A program made the translations under genes and the position numbers. Shown here in pieces: positions 17,994-27,574 of a stretch of DNA of 64,000 nt. How positions within the stretch are numbered: position 1 is the stretch's first letter; every line of letters starts with the position of its first letter. The stretch is taken from assembly GCA_963518805.1 (NCBI GenBank), contig CAUQKG010000001.1, positions 133,968-197,967 on the forward strand, in the 5' to 3' direction. The notes under the pieces are model-generated. The model worked only from the letters and a program-made list of their open reading frames with translations. It did not search any database and was not told the DNA's origin. Source of the stretch: an uncultured Candidatus Saccharimonas sp. GTDB taxonomy: Bacteria; Patescibacteriota; Saccharimonadia; Saccharimonadales; Saccharimonadaceae.

Positions 17994-18351
17994 CTAGAAT
18001 CTCCTTGATTTTTGTACGAATTTCTTTTGGTGAAACCTGAGATTTATCAAAAATATGGCGAACATTGAACAATTTTAAACTTTCGAAATCTATTTCACTT
18101 GCTAAATCTGAACAAATCACCACTGGAATTTTTGCCGTATCGGCATAGCTCTGCAATTCATTTAAAAGAGCAAAAGCCGAGTGGCCTTCAAGCAAAATAT
18201 CAAGAAAAATTAAGTCTGGCAAACTTCTATCAATCTCTAAGATTGCTTTTTGTGCAGAATTAACTTTTAAAATTAAAAAATTTGAACGCAAAATTATTTC
18301 AAAATTATCTGCCAAGATTGTATTATCTTCAATAATTAAAATTTTTTTCAC
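17986..18351 (-). CDS. Single-domain response regulator
   Basis: ILIIEDN, PDLIFLDILL, IPVVICS, FDKS. GTG start overlaps the kinase stop. Confidence 0.85.
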   Translation of the reverse strand: MKKILIIEDNTILADNFEIILRSNFLILKVNSAQKAILEIDRSLPDLIFLDILLEGHSAFALLNELQSYADTAKIPVVICSDLASEIDFESLKLFNVRHIFDKSQVSPKEIRTKIKEILDE

Positions 18352-19064
18352 AATAAACTCAACTGACCAGAACGGTTTAAATCAACATAAAAAGTGCTTC
18401 CATCACGATGGCGGATCACACCAATTTTTGCTCCCATTGCCGCTGCAAAACTTTGAGCAATAAAAATGCCCAGGCCAGAACTCTGCGGCCGAGAATTTGC
18501 TCGAACTGGCTGATGATTTTGTTTTCTAACTGAACGCCAAATTGAAAGCGGTAATTCTTCGCCATAATCTCGAACTGAAATTCGAACTTTTTCACCAATA
18601 TTTGAAATTTTAATTTCAACTTCGCTCTTTTCGTTCGAAGAATAAAGTGCGTTATCTGAGAAGTTCATCAAAATTGAACGAAGCAATTCATAATTTGCCA
18701 TGATTAACTCATTTTTTCGAACATTTTTAAACCTAATAACTCTACCATGAAGTTTAAAAACATCGGTAATTTCTGCAACCACATCATTGCAGATTTTTTT
18801 TGAATTTATAGGCTCAAGCTCGAACATCGCATCTTCAAGCTTTGAAATTTTAGTTAGATCTTGAACGAGTCGCAAAGCCCTCTCACTAGTAATATCAATT
18901 TGGTGCAAAATTCGGCTTTTTTCAGAATTAGAAAGCTTAATTTCCTCATCGTTCAAAGTTAAAGAAAGCTGGCGAATAATTGAAAGCGGGGTTTTCATTT
19001 CGTGAGCAGCAATAAGAAAACTACTTTCTTTTGCTACCAGATTTAAAAACTCCCGCTCATCCAT
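18348..19064 (-). CDS. Soluble sensor-less histidine kinase (HisKA plus HATPase)
   Basis: H-box AHEMKTPL, N-box NFSDNALY, D-box VRDYG, G-box SSGLGIFIA. No TM or sensor domain. Confidence 0.88.
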   Translation of the reverse strand: MDEREFLNLVAKESSFLIAAHEMKTPLSIIRQLSLTLNDEEIKLSNSEKSRILHQIDITSERALRLVQDLTKISKLEDAMFELEPINSKKICNDVVAEITDVFKLHGRVIRFKNVRKNELIMANYELLRSILMNFSDNALYSSNEKSEVEIKISNIGEKVRISVRDYGEELPLSIWRSVRKQNHQPVRANSRPQSSGLGIFIAQSFAAAMGAKIGVIRHRDGSTFYVDLNRSGQLSLL

Positions 19065-19100
19065 ATTTTTATTATAGCAAATTTTTGCTATTTTTAAAAG

Positions 19101-19775
19101 CTAATCCATTTTTAGAGTGCTTAAAACATTTTCGTTCAAGACGTTGTTGTAGGTGTCAGCATCGGTTCGAATCATCAAAGTTTTACTATTTAATTTAAAA
19201 TAGTAAGCAGTTCCACGAATTCGATTATTTTTCTCTGGTCCAGGGAATAACCCTGCAATTTTTGTTGCTGGATATCCATTAACCGTTACGGCTTCAGAAG
19301 AAAGCTCACCCTTTTTGATAGCTTCGTTAAATTCTTTAAGAACTTCGTCTACGCTCTTTTCATAAATAGCTACGCGCAAGCCAAAACGCTGAGTATCTTT
19401 GCCATCTTTTGGAACTGGTGGCACTGTATCTGGATAGAAATAAGAGAAGAATCCCTTTCGATCGGAACCATTAGATTCGACATATTGATTCCAGAATGTT
19501 GGATAACTAAAAGTTACCTTTCCTAAATCTTCTGGAGCACGAAATTCTTTAACAGTTTTTCGTCGCTCTTCATTATATTTCTTTTCATCATCTTCTTGCT
19601 GTTTTCGTTTTCCTTCAGCAACTTGTAAATCAATCTTTCCTTCAACATCTGTTTTTACATTGTTGTATTCAATATAAGCCCAAATTCCAAATGAACCAGC
19701 ACCAGCAAAACCGATGCTCAACAGAATAATTGCGATTGTTGAACCTTTAACTGCACCTTTTTTGAATCTATTCAT
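19101..19775 (-). CDS. N-terminally anchored extracytoplasmic protein (possible PsbP/Mog1-like C-domain)
   Basis: MNRFKKG then a hydrophobic helix and coiled coil, TFSYP..W motif. ATG 19775 lies 7 nt after a TATAAT. Confidence 0.7.
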   Translation of the reverse strand: MNRFKKGAVKGSTIAIILLSIGFAGAGSFGIWAYIEYNNVKTDVEGKIDLQVAEGKRKQQEDDEKKYNEERRKTVKEFRAPEDLGKVTFSYPTFWNQYVESNGSDRKGFFSYFYPDTVPPVPKDGKDTQRFGLRVAIYEKSVDEVLKEFNEAIKKGELSSEAVTVNGYPATKIAGLFPGPEKNNRIRGTAYYFKLNSKTLMIRTDADTYNNVLNENVLSTLKMD

Positions 19776-19874
19776 ATCTACCATTATACTTATGTTTTTA
19801 AATTTTTCAAGTGCTTTTCGAAACTTTATTTTATAAAAAATAAAAAACCGCCAAAGCGGAATTTATCAAAAAAT

Positions 19875-19950
19875 TGGTGGCTCCTCCCAGACTTGAACTG
19901 GGGACACAAGGCTCTTCAGGCCTCTGCTCTACCAACTGAGCTAAAGAGCC
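19875..19950 (-). tRNA. tRNA-Phe (GAA)
   Basis: GGCTCTT acceptor stem, D arm GCTC-AGTTGGTA-GAGC, anticodon loop CT-GAA-GA, T loop TTCAAGT, encoded CCA; 76 nt. Confidence 0.97.
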
Positions 19951-20060
19951 AACCTTTATTAATTATACAGTATAAGCTTTTTTATTGCAAGAGTTTTTTA
20001 AAAAATTTATTGAAGAACAAGCATATAGCGAAATTAAAGTTTTGTTATATGCTTATGTTT

Positions 20061-21140
20061 TTACTCTTTCGAACTTTCTAAAAATGCAAAGATAAATCCG
20101 TCAATTTCGCCATTCAAGACCTTTTCAACATCTTTTTCTTCATATTTGGTTCGTGTATCTTTAACTATTTTATAAGGGTTCAAAACATAATTTCGAATTT
20201 GCGAGCCCCAATCAGCAGATTTTCCAGCTTGAAGCTCACTCAAATTCTGCGCATGCTGTTCCATTTTCATTTGCACGAGCTTTCCACGCAAAATATTCAT
20301 TGCGGTTTCTTTATTTTGCGTTTGTGAGCGTTCATTCTGGATTGCCACAACTGTACCAGTTGGAATGTGTGTAATTCGTACCGCTGAATCAGTTGTGTTT
20401 ACACCTTGCCCGCCCTTTCCGCCAGAGCGATAAACATCAATTCGAAGGTCTTTTTCAGCAATTTCAACATGTTCTGGTGTATTAATTTTTAGTAAAACTT
20501 CAACTAAGGCAAAAGAAGTTTCACGAGTTCCACCGCTGTTAAACGGCGAAATCCGCACCAAACGATGTACGCCATTTTCACTTCGCATTTTACCATAAGC
20601 ATAAAGGCCTTGAATTTCGAAAACACTAGTTTTGATCCCGGCTTCTTCACCAACGCTTCGCTCAATTTGCTCGGTTTTGAGCTTATTTTTTTCAGCCCAA
20701 CGCAAATACATTCGCTCCAACATTTCAGCAAAATCTTGCGCATCAGTTCCGCCAACACCAGCCGTAATTCGAACGATTGCATCGCCGCTGTCAAATTCTT
20801 CATCAAATAAAAGCTGTTTTTTTAGCTCTTCGAAATCATTTTCGAATTGAAAAATTTGAGCTTCAAATTCTTCAAGAAGCTCATCGTCGCTAAGATTTAT
20901 CAATTCTAGAATGTCTTCAACTTGCGTTTTTAAAACCAACCAAGGGTGGATTTCCTTATTTAGATCAGCAAGTTTTTTAACTTTTTCTTGTGCAGTTTTG
21001 GGGTTTAGCCAAATTTCTGGATTCGAAATTTCAACCTCTAAATCTGAGATTTGATTTTTTTTGCTTTCAAGATTAAGCTTTAAGCTCGCTTTTTCAAGCT
21101 CATTTAAAATTTCGCCAACGCGAGCTTTCAGCTTATCCAT
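20061..21140 (-). CDS. prfB: Peptide chain release factor 2
   Basis: SPF tripeptide (RLVRISPF), GGQ motif, WGSQIRNYV; continuous frame. Confidence 0.96.
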   Translation of the reverse strand: MDKLKARVGEILNELEKASLKLNLESKKNQISDLEVEISNPEIWLNPKTAQEKVKKLADLNKEIHPWLVLKTQVEDILELINLSDDELLEEFEAQIFQFENDFEELKKQLLFDEEFDSGDAIVRITAGVGGTDAQDFAEMLERMYLRWAEKNKLKTEQIERSVGEEAGIKTSVFEIQGLYAYGKMRSENGVHRLVRISPFNSGGTRETSFALVEVLLKINTPEHVEIAEKDLRIDVYRSGGKGGQGVNTTDSAVRITHIPTGTVVAIQNERSQTQNKETAMNILRGKLVQMKMEQHAQNLSELQAGKSADWGSQIRNYVLNPYKIVKDTRTKYEEKDVEKVLNGEIDGFIFAFLESSKE

Positions 21141-21143
21141 AAT

Positions 21144-21563
21144 TTATTTCTTTGCTGCCTCTTCAGCTTCTGCTTCAATATCATCGTCTGTGAAAAGTTT
21201 TTCAACAAACAAAAGTACGAAATATACAACGAACGCAATTACTAAAAAGTTAATAATATCGTTCAAAAATGCACCGTAAGAAAGAACCGCCTCTTTACCT
21301 GCTGGTGTTTTTCCCATATTCAAAACAACACCTTTCAAACCTTCGGCTGATCCAAGAATGAAACCAAGTGGTGGCATAATGATATTATTAATCAAAGATT
21401 TAACAAGATCTCCAGAAGCTGTTCCGAGAATTAAACCGATCGCCATTCCGATCAATCCCTGATCTTTAATAAATTTTTTAAAACCCGCAAATTGCGCTTT
21501 TGGGTCTACTGCTTTTATTTTTAAAGCAGGTTTCTTTGTAGATTTAGCTTGTTTTTTAGTCAT
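21144..21563 (-). CDS. mscL: Large-conductance mechanosensitive channel
   Basis: FKKFI..QG.I.MAIG..LG.A...LV.SL..NIIMPPLG; YG.FLN.IINFL.IAF.VYF. Confidence 0.9.
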   Translation of the reverse strand: MTKKQAKSTKKPALKIKAVDPKAQFAGFKKFIKDQGLIGMAIGLILGTASGDLVKSLINNIIMPPLGFILGSAEGLKGVVLNMGKTPAGKEAVLSYGAFLNDIINFLVIAFVVYFVLLFVEKLFTDDDIEAEAEEAAKK

Positions 21564-21576
21564 AATATAAATTTTA

Positions 21577-22911
21577 TCATAAAAGGTTTACATTTTCAAC
21601 AAATTGTTCACCGCGATCAACATAACTTTTAAACATATCAAAACTGGCATGAGCTGGACTTAAAATAACCACATCACCGCTTTTTGCGTTTTCGAAAGCA
21701 GTTTTCACAACTTCTTGCATATTTGTTTTTGTACCTAAATTTATAAACCGCTCGAATCCGCTTGATATCAATTTCTGGGATAGTTTTTCAGATTCTGCCC
21801 CCATTAAAATTACCTTTCTAAGTTCTTGCTCTGGCATTTTTGTAATTTTTTCAATCAACTCACTTAAATCAGCACCTTTATTACTTCCACCAAGAATTAG
21901 AATTTTTGGCTTTTCGAAAGAATTTAGTGCAGCAATTGCACTACCCGGTGTGGTTGCAATTGAATCATCATAAAATCGCACGCCTTCAAACTCGCGAACA
22001 AATTTTAACCGATGTGGTAAACCTGTAAATTTCGAAAGCCCTTCTCGCCAAAAATCGAAGATTTCCTCAATTTCAAAACCTTTTTCACGCAAAAAATCAA
22101 AGGTTGCAATCATTGCAGCACAAGCGTTTTTTTGATTATGTTTGCCTGGAATTTTCAAAATATCAGTTTCGAAGAGAACTTCATCTCCCCATAAAAAATA
22201 GTTTTCTTGAATATGAGCTAAATTGTAGTTCTGAAAAGGCTGAAGTTCTGCCTTGAGCTGATTTTTTAAGTTTTCAACATTTTTTAAAACTATCGGATTT
22301 TCAACATTAAAAATAAAAAAATCATTCTCGGTTTGATTTTTAGCAATATTCATTTTTGCTGCCACATAATCTTCAAAGCCATCATGAACATCAAGGTGGT
22401 CAACTTCAAGATTATTTAAAATTGCAATATGTGGCGATTTTTGAGCGTCCCAAAGCTGAAAACTGCTGAGTTCATAAATCACGGCATCATCTTTTTGAAT
22501 TTTCGAAAGCTCGTTAAGTGCTGGTAAGCCAATATTACCAACAAGATGAACCCTTAAACCGGCTGCACGCAAAATTTCAGCAATAAAACTCGACACTGTC
22601 CCCTTACCTTTTGAGCCGGTTACACCGATAATTGGTGCTGGGCATTTTTCGAAAAATAAATTTGTAACAGATGCAATTTTAGCATTTTTTGGCAAACGGC
22701 TAGGATTAACTGCGGGAGTTCGCACGATCAAATCTGCTTGAATTTTTGAAAAATCATGAAAATCACCAAAGAATTTAACGCCTTTTGGTAGTTCAATTTT
22801 ACTTTTTGGGTTTTCGTTATAAATTTCAAAAGTATTATTTTGATCAATACTTTTAAAATAATCATAAGCACTTTTTGCCTCGAGCCCAAAACCAATTAAT
22901 GCAATTTTCAT
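21577..22911 (-). CDS. murD: UDP-MurNAc-L-Ala:D-Glu ligase
   Basis: GVTGSKGKGT, GNIG, ELSSFQL, DHLD.H, GLPHRL, DDSIATT, LSPAHASFDMF..Y.DRG. Confidence 0.96.
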   Translation of the reverse strand: MKIALIGFGLEAKSAYDYFKSIDQNNTFEIYNENPKSKIELPKGVKFFGDFHDFSKIQADLIVRTPAVNPSRLPKNAKIASVTNLFFEKCPAPIIGVTGSKGKGTVSSFIAEILRAAGLRVHLVGNIGLPALNELSKIQKDDAVIYELSSFQLWDAQKSPHIAILNNLEVDHLDVHDGFEDYVAAKMNIAKNQTENDFFIFNVENPIVLKNVENLKNQLKAELQPFQNYNLAHIQENYFLWGDEVLFETDILKIPGKHNQKNACAAMIATFDFLREKGFEIEEIFDFWREGLSKFTGLPHRLKFVREFEGVRFYDDSIATTPGSAIAALNSFEKPKILILGGSNKGADLSELIEKITKMPEQELRKVILMGAESEKLSQKLISSGFERFINLGTKTNMQEVVKTAFENAKSGDVVILSPAHASFDMFKSYVDRGEQFVENVNLL

Positions 22912-23004
22912 ATTTCTCCTTTTAGTTTAGATTATCTTTATTTTATTTTAGCATATTTCATGCAAAAAAACACCCTTTCTATTTTAAAAAGAGTGTTTCT
23001 ACTT

Positions 23005-25575
23005 TTAGTTAGCACCAAATTTTCTGTTTGATTTAGTTGGATCGCTCGCAGTTTGCCGAGGTTGAATATTTTGACTACTATTATTTATTGGCTGCGAGGC
23101 TTGACTAACTTGCGCTGCAGGCGCACTATACGTAACAGAACTAGAATTGGAGGCAGTAGCAGAAGAGTCAGTCTGAGCTTGTTGCGGAGCCGATGTTTGC
23201 CAACTCTGTCCAGCAGTTACTTCTACCTTTTGACTAGGAGAAGATTGAGTATTCGCAGAGCTATTATTGCTTGTTGTAGCCGCGGCCGGCGCTGCTTGTG
23301 AAGTATGTGATTGAGCCAGCTTTTGCATTGCCATAAAGTTAGCTTGCTGATCTGGCGTTAGAGACATTGTTCCATTTGCATTAGCAGTAAGAGCTTGCTC
23401 GGCAATCTTACCCATACTCTGTGCTTGTAAAATCTTGCTTTGGTCACCACTATTAAATGCACTTTGCATTGCCTTAAACGCTTTATTATCATTAACATTT
23501 GCGCTAGACATGTCAGACCAATCAGCCATTTGTTTAGCACTTGCACCTGAGTATGTTGAAATATCATTTTCAAAATCTTGAACAGATTTAATATTTCCTG
23601 AAGAAAAATCTTGCATAACTGCTTTTGCTGCGGCAGGATTGACTTTCTTAATATCACTACCTGCTTTCGAGGCAATTTGAGCTGCGACAGATTTTCTTTG
23701 TTCAGCATCACCAATATTTAAAGCACTATTAGCAATACTACTCATCGCAGCAGCTTGCCCAGCGCTATTAAGACCCGATTTTGTTACCGCTTGCGAAAGA
23801 GCACTATACATCAAACCTTGTTGAACAGGATCGGAAACATTCGAAATTCTTGCAAGCTCAGAATCAACATTCGATACGCTGTTGCCAATTCCATCTGTCA
23901 TAGCAGCAATCATTCCGTCCGTCTGACTCTTTTCAAAACTACTAATATTAGCACCAAGTTGTGCCCTTCTTCGATAATCTGAGGGTGTAAGGTTCTTCTT
24001 TGCTTGAAGTTTTCGAAGTTCCTTGCGGTTTCTTCCGTATTGCTTTTCTTCATATTTAGCTGCACGAGCTTTTTCACCGATAGCAATTCCACCAATGCTT
24101 CTTTTTGCTTCTTTCTCTCTTAGAGCTTTAGCCCAGTTCGAATTCTGACCAACAGAATTAATTTTACCAGACATCCTATCAATAGCGCCACGCAAATTTC
24201 CGCCAGTTAAGCCATCAATAAATGAAAGCACAGTTTTAATAACTGCAATAATTGCAAATAGTGATAGTATAGGTAAAACGCCATAAATAGTTTTAAGCAA
24301 TTCATCATCAGATACGCTATATAATAGATTAGAAACAAATAAGGCTCCACCCACCATTAATGAACAAATTGGGTAAATCATTAGCATATTTTTCATAAGC
24401 TTAGTCCACTTCTTGAAAATCCCCTCTGTATTTGGCAATAACCCTGCAACAAAAGCTAAAGGAGAAGTTACTACAAGAATAATAACAGCCGCTTCTCTTA
24501 CCATTAATATAAATACTGTCATCACAACAGCAAATGCTGCAGATACAAGGAAAAGAAGAATTGTGCTACCCGCAACAAGAGTAGCTGTTACTCCGGCTGC
24601 AATAAGTGCACCTATTTTTGCATGACCCGTTAGAATACCTTCAACAGGAGACTGCCCCGTTTGAGCATCGCTCGAAAAATCCCATCTACCATTATCTGAT
24701 AGCCATTTAAATAAGGTGCTGCCAACGATATTTGAGATATCGATAGCAATCACAACAATATACCAAGAAATATTGACTAAAATTGCATAAATAATAATTT
24801 TTGGAAGCATCTTCTTAATACCGTAGCTAGAAATACCCGCACCAGTTACTTGAGAGAAAATTATCATTGCAATCATAATCACAAAAAATATATTTGCGAT
24901 ATCTCTAAATGTTACCCAGTGTTTAAATGCTTTTTGCCCTTTTCCAGAATTCGAGAAAAGTTGATCAGATTTAATATTTAAGAAATTTGTTTGCATGAAA
25001 TTATATAAACTAACAACAATACCAGTTGAAGCACGAACAATCGGGCAAACTATCCAACCGACCCATTCAAGATCGCAGGAATTTTTATCTTTATTGGATT
25101 CCTTAGTTTCTTTATCCATTTCTTCAATTGCAGCTTTGGCTTCATTATTCTTTTTAGTCCAATCACCATCGTTTGTCGCGGGAGAATAATTACATTTTTT
25201 CTTGAGTTCATTAAGTTTCTTCTCGTCAACACCGGCAGCTTTAGCCTTTTTGTATGCTTCTTCACATTTAATTCTATCGTTATTAGCTGTATTATTTCTT
25301 ACATCCTGCTGAGTTTTATCTGTTGTAGGTTGTGAAGATCTATTAGTTGGAGTTGTAGGAACAACTTGATTATCCTTTTTTCTTTTTTCCTCTATTTCCC
25401 TATTTCTCTTTTCTTCCTCCGCCTTTTTCTTAACTTCATCAGGCGTAACAAAATTGCTGTTAGGATTAGTTAAATCGATAGCATTTGCAAAATTATTACT
25501 AAAAAAAGAAAAAAATACTAAAAAAATAACTATTAAAACTTTTTTATTTTTCAACCCAACCCAAAATCTTTTCAT
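23005..25575 (-). CDS. VirB6/TrbL-like polytopic membrane protein with long N- and C-terminal extensions
   Basis: Signal peptide; GWIVCP; W..FRDIAN..F...IIFSQVTG.GISSYGIKKMLPK..I.AILVN.S; multi-TM core with PLAFV..LLPNT; low-complexity Ser/Gln/Ala tail. Confidence 0.65.
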   Translation of the reverse strand: MKRFWVGLKNKKVLIVIFLVFFSFFSNNFANAIDLTNPNSNFVTPDEVKKKAEEEKRNREIEEKRKKDNQVVPTTPTNRSSQPTTDKTQQDVRNNTANNDRIKCEEAYKKAKAAGVDEKKLNELKKKCNYSPATNDGDWTKKNNEAKAAIEEMDKETKESNKDKNSCDLEWVGWIVCPIVRASTGIVVSLYNFMQTNFLNIKSDQLFSNSGKGQKAFKHWVTFRDIANIFFVIMIAMIIFSQVTGAGISSYGIKKMLPKIIIYAILVNISWYIVVIAIDISNIVGSTLFKWLSDNGRWDFSSDAQTGQSPVEGILTGHAKIGALIAAGVTATLVAGSTILLFLVSAAFAVVMTVFILMVREAAVIILVVTSPLAFVAGLLPNTEGIFKKWTKLMKNMLMIYPICSLMVGGALFVSNLLYSVSDDELLKTIYGVLPILSLFAIIAVIKTVLSFIDGLTGGNLRGAIDRMSGKINSVGQNSNWAKALREKEAKRSIGGIAIGEKARAAKYEEKQYGRNRKELRKLQAKKNLTPSDYRRRAQLGANISSFEKSQTDGMIAAMTDGIGNSVSNVDSELARISNVSDPVQQGLMYSALSQAVTKSGLNSAGQAAAMSSIANSALNIGDAEQRKSVAAQIASKAGSDIKKVNPAAAKAVMQDFSSGNIKSVQDFENDISTYSGASAKQMADWSDMSSANVNDNKAFKAMQSAFNSGDQSKILQAQSMGKIAEQALTANANGTMSLTPDQQANFMAMQKLAQSHTSQAAPAAATTSNNSSANTQSSPSQKVEVTAGQSWQTSAPQQAQTDSSATASNSSSVTYSAPAAQVSQASQPINNSSQNIQPRQTASDPTKSNRKFGAN

Positions 25576-25699
25576 AATGCTTATATTTAATCACAAAAAA
25601 GTAAAAAAATCAATATAGTTATGCTTTTTGCTACAAAAAAGTAGCTTACATTTTTTGCAAGCTACTCTTCGAAAATCTGCTTTATAGAAAGGTTAGGTT

Positions 25700-27574
25700 T
25701 TACCAACCGCCGCCTCCGCCGCCGCCGGCACCGCCGCCAGAGAATCCACCGCCTCCGCCAGAGCTACTTGAACTTGGCGCAGAATAACTGTTCATTGCAC
25801 TATTAAAGCTGTTCAAGCTGTTCGAAAACACCATAGCATTAAATACTGTTGAGCCAACATACCAATCTGGTAGATAGTCTTCATCTTGAAATTGTAATTC
25901 AAGTACCTTCGCCCAAGATTTCTCTAGCCCAAACAACGCTGCCCAAGGTAAAAGTTTTTCATAAAGTTTTACGCGAGAGCCACCAAATTCAGTATGGAAT
26001 CTTTCAGAATTCTGCAGGCTTTGCGAGAACATTAACCGTTCGCTTTCTGCCACCGAAATATAAAGCTTTAAACCTTCAAGATAATTCTTTGCCTCAAAAC
26101 CTTTTCGAGATGGAATTTTTATATTTGAAATAGTAAATATTAAAATTGAAAGTGCGACGGCTGCAATGAAAGAATATATAACTACCGTAAACCAAGGTGA
26201 AATAGTTGAAATAAAATTAACCAGTATTCCATTTGCAAATAACAATACTACAGATAAAACGATCACTCCGCCGGCAAAAAACTGAGAATTGCTGAAAACC
26301 GCTGGCTTTTCTTGAACATAGTAAGAAGTCTTATCAAATGCAGAGTTCAAAACTTCCGAAGAAATATCAGAGGCTTGCGTACTGCTCATTTGTTTAGATA
26401 AATCAATCTCGGTTTTACTTCTAAAAAATGAGTTTAATAATGAACGCATATCTTGGTTCAAATTATCTCGATTCAATAGCTGAATTTTATAGCTCTTTTT
26501 CTTAACACCCAAAAAGCCCTTTGAGGTTTTTTCAACAATCTGAATATTGCCGTTCACTGCAAAAAATAGCATTGCGGCGGTAAGTTTTTTATTTGATTTT
26601 ACTAAGTTTCCCGCGTCCAAAATATCTAATTCTTTAATTTTTGGTGGCAAATATTGCGGAACAACCGATTTCGAAACCCTATTTTCTCTCTTAACTGAGC
26701 TATATTTTAAAATAACCCGAATAGCAAAGAATAATGTAATTACTGCTAAAATTAATGCCAAAATTCCAAAAATTATTGTGTTTACATCAATACTACTTGC
26801 TTCTGGTTGAGCGAATTTATTATTAAAGTCAATTTCAAATGTTAGGTTCTCGTAAACTTGAACATCTTTTTGCGAAAACTTAAAAATCCCTTCTTCAGCC
26901 TTACGTTCAAAAGTATTGCACTTTTCAGTTGAGCCTTGCACTCCGGCGAAGCATCTCACCGTACCATTAAATTCTTTCAAAACTGATGAATCTAAATTAA
27001 CTGTTGCGATAACTTCATTAAAAGGCCGTTTCCACTGAGTTCCATTGGTGTTCATAATTAATTTTTGTACACCACCATCTGTTAATAGTAGATTTCTAAA
27101 CCGGTATTTTAGCTGGTATTCATGTCTTCCAGAAACAAAACTTCCGCTTTCACCAATTCGAAATACGATATTTCCATCACTTTCATAAGTTGAATATGAA
27201 ACTTTTTTGCCGTCCATTTCAATTTCAGCTTTACCATCAAAAATAGCTTTACCATCAAAAAACCGCGGAATTGCACGCTCAATTCCGTGATTTATCCCAT
27301 CATTAATAAAATATGTCGAAATATTTTCAGTGATTTCAAGATTCGTATTTCCTTTTTGGTCGGCGCTAAAATTATATTTTGCATCAAACTTTGAAAAAAT
27401 AATATTATAATTTTTTATTCGTTGTTCAGCTTCTTCAGCATCACGGCTCCGCCGTCTTCTGGCAAAAGCTTGATTTGAAAAACTGCTAAAAGTAAAACTA
27501 AAAGCCAAAACCGCCACTAAAAATAGTGGCATAATTTTGGTAATTTTTCGAATAAAATTATTTTGTAATTTCAT
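25700..27574 (-). CDS. DUF2207 (YciQ-like) membrane protein
   Basis: NHGIERAIP, FRIG, N.NGTQW, PQYLPP, YEKLLPWAALFGL.K.W, and the terminal SSSSGGGGGFSGGGAGGGGGGGW. Confidence 0.9.
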   Translation of the reverse strand: MKLQNNFIRKITKIMPLFLVAVLAFSFTFSSFSNQAFARRRRSRDAEEAEQRIKNYNIIFSKFDAKYNFSADQKGNTNLEITENISTYFINDGINHGIERAIPRFFDGKAIFDGKAEIEMDGKKVSYSTYESDGNIVFRIGESGSFVSGRHEYQLKYRFRNLLLTDGGVQKLIMNTNGTQWKRPFNEVIATVNLDSSVLKEFNGTVRCFAGVQGSTEKCNTFERKAEEGIFKFSQKDVQVYENLTFEIDFNNKFAQPEASSIDVNTIIFGILALILAVITLFFAIRVILKYSSVKRENRVSKSVVPQYLPPKIKELDILDAGNLVKSNKKLTAAMLFFAVNGNIQIVEKTSKGFLGVKKKSYKIQLLNRDNLNQDMRSLLNSFFRSKTEIDLSKQMSSTQASDISSEVLNSAFDKTSYYVQEKPAVFSNSQFFAGGVIVLSVVLLFANGILVNFISTISPWFTVVIYSFIAAVALSILIFTISNIKIPSRKGFEAKNYLEGLKLYISVAESERLMFSQSLQNSERFHTEFGGSRVKLYEKLLPWAALFGLEKSWAKVLELQFQDEDYLPDWYVGSTVFNAMVFSNSLNSFNSAMNSYSAPSSSSSGGGGGFSGGGAGGGGGGGW

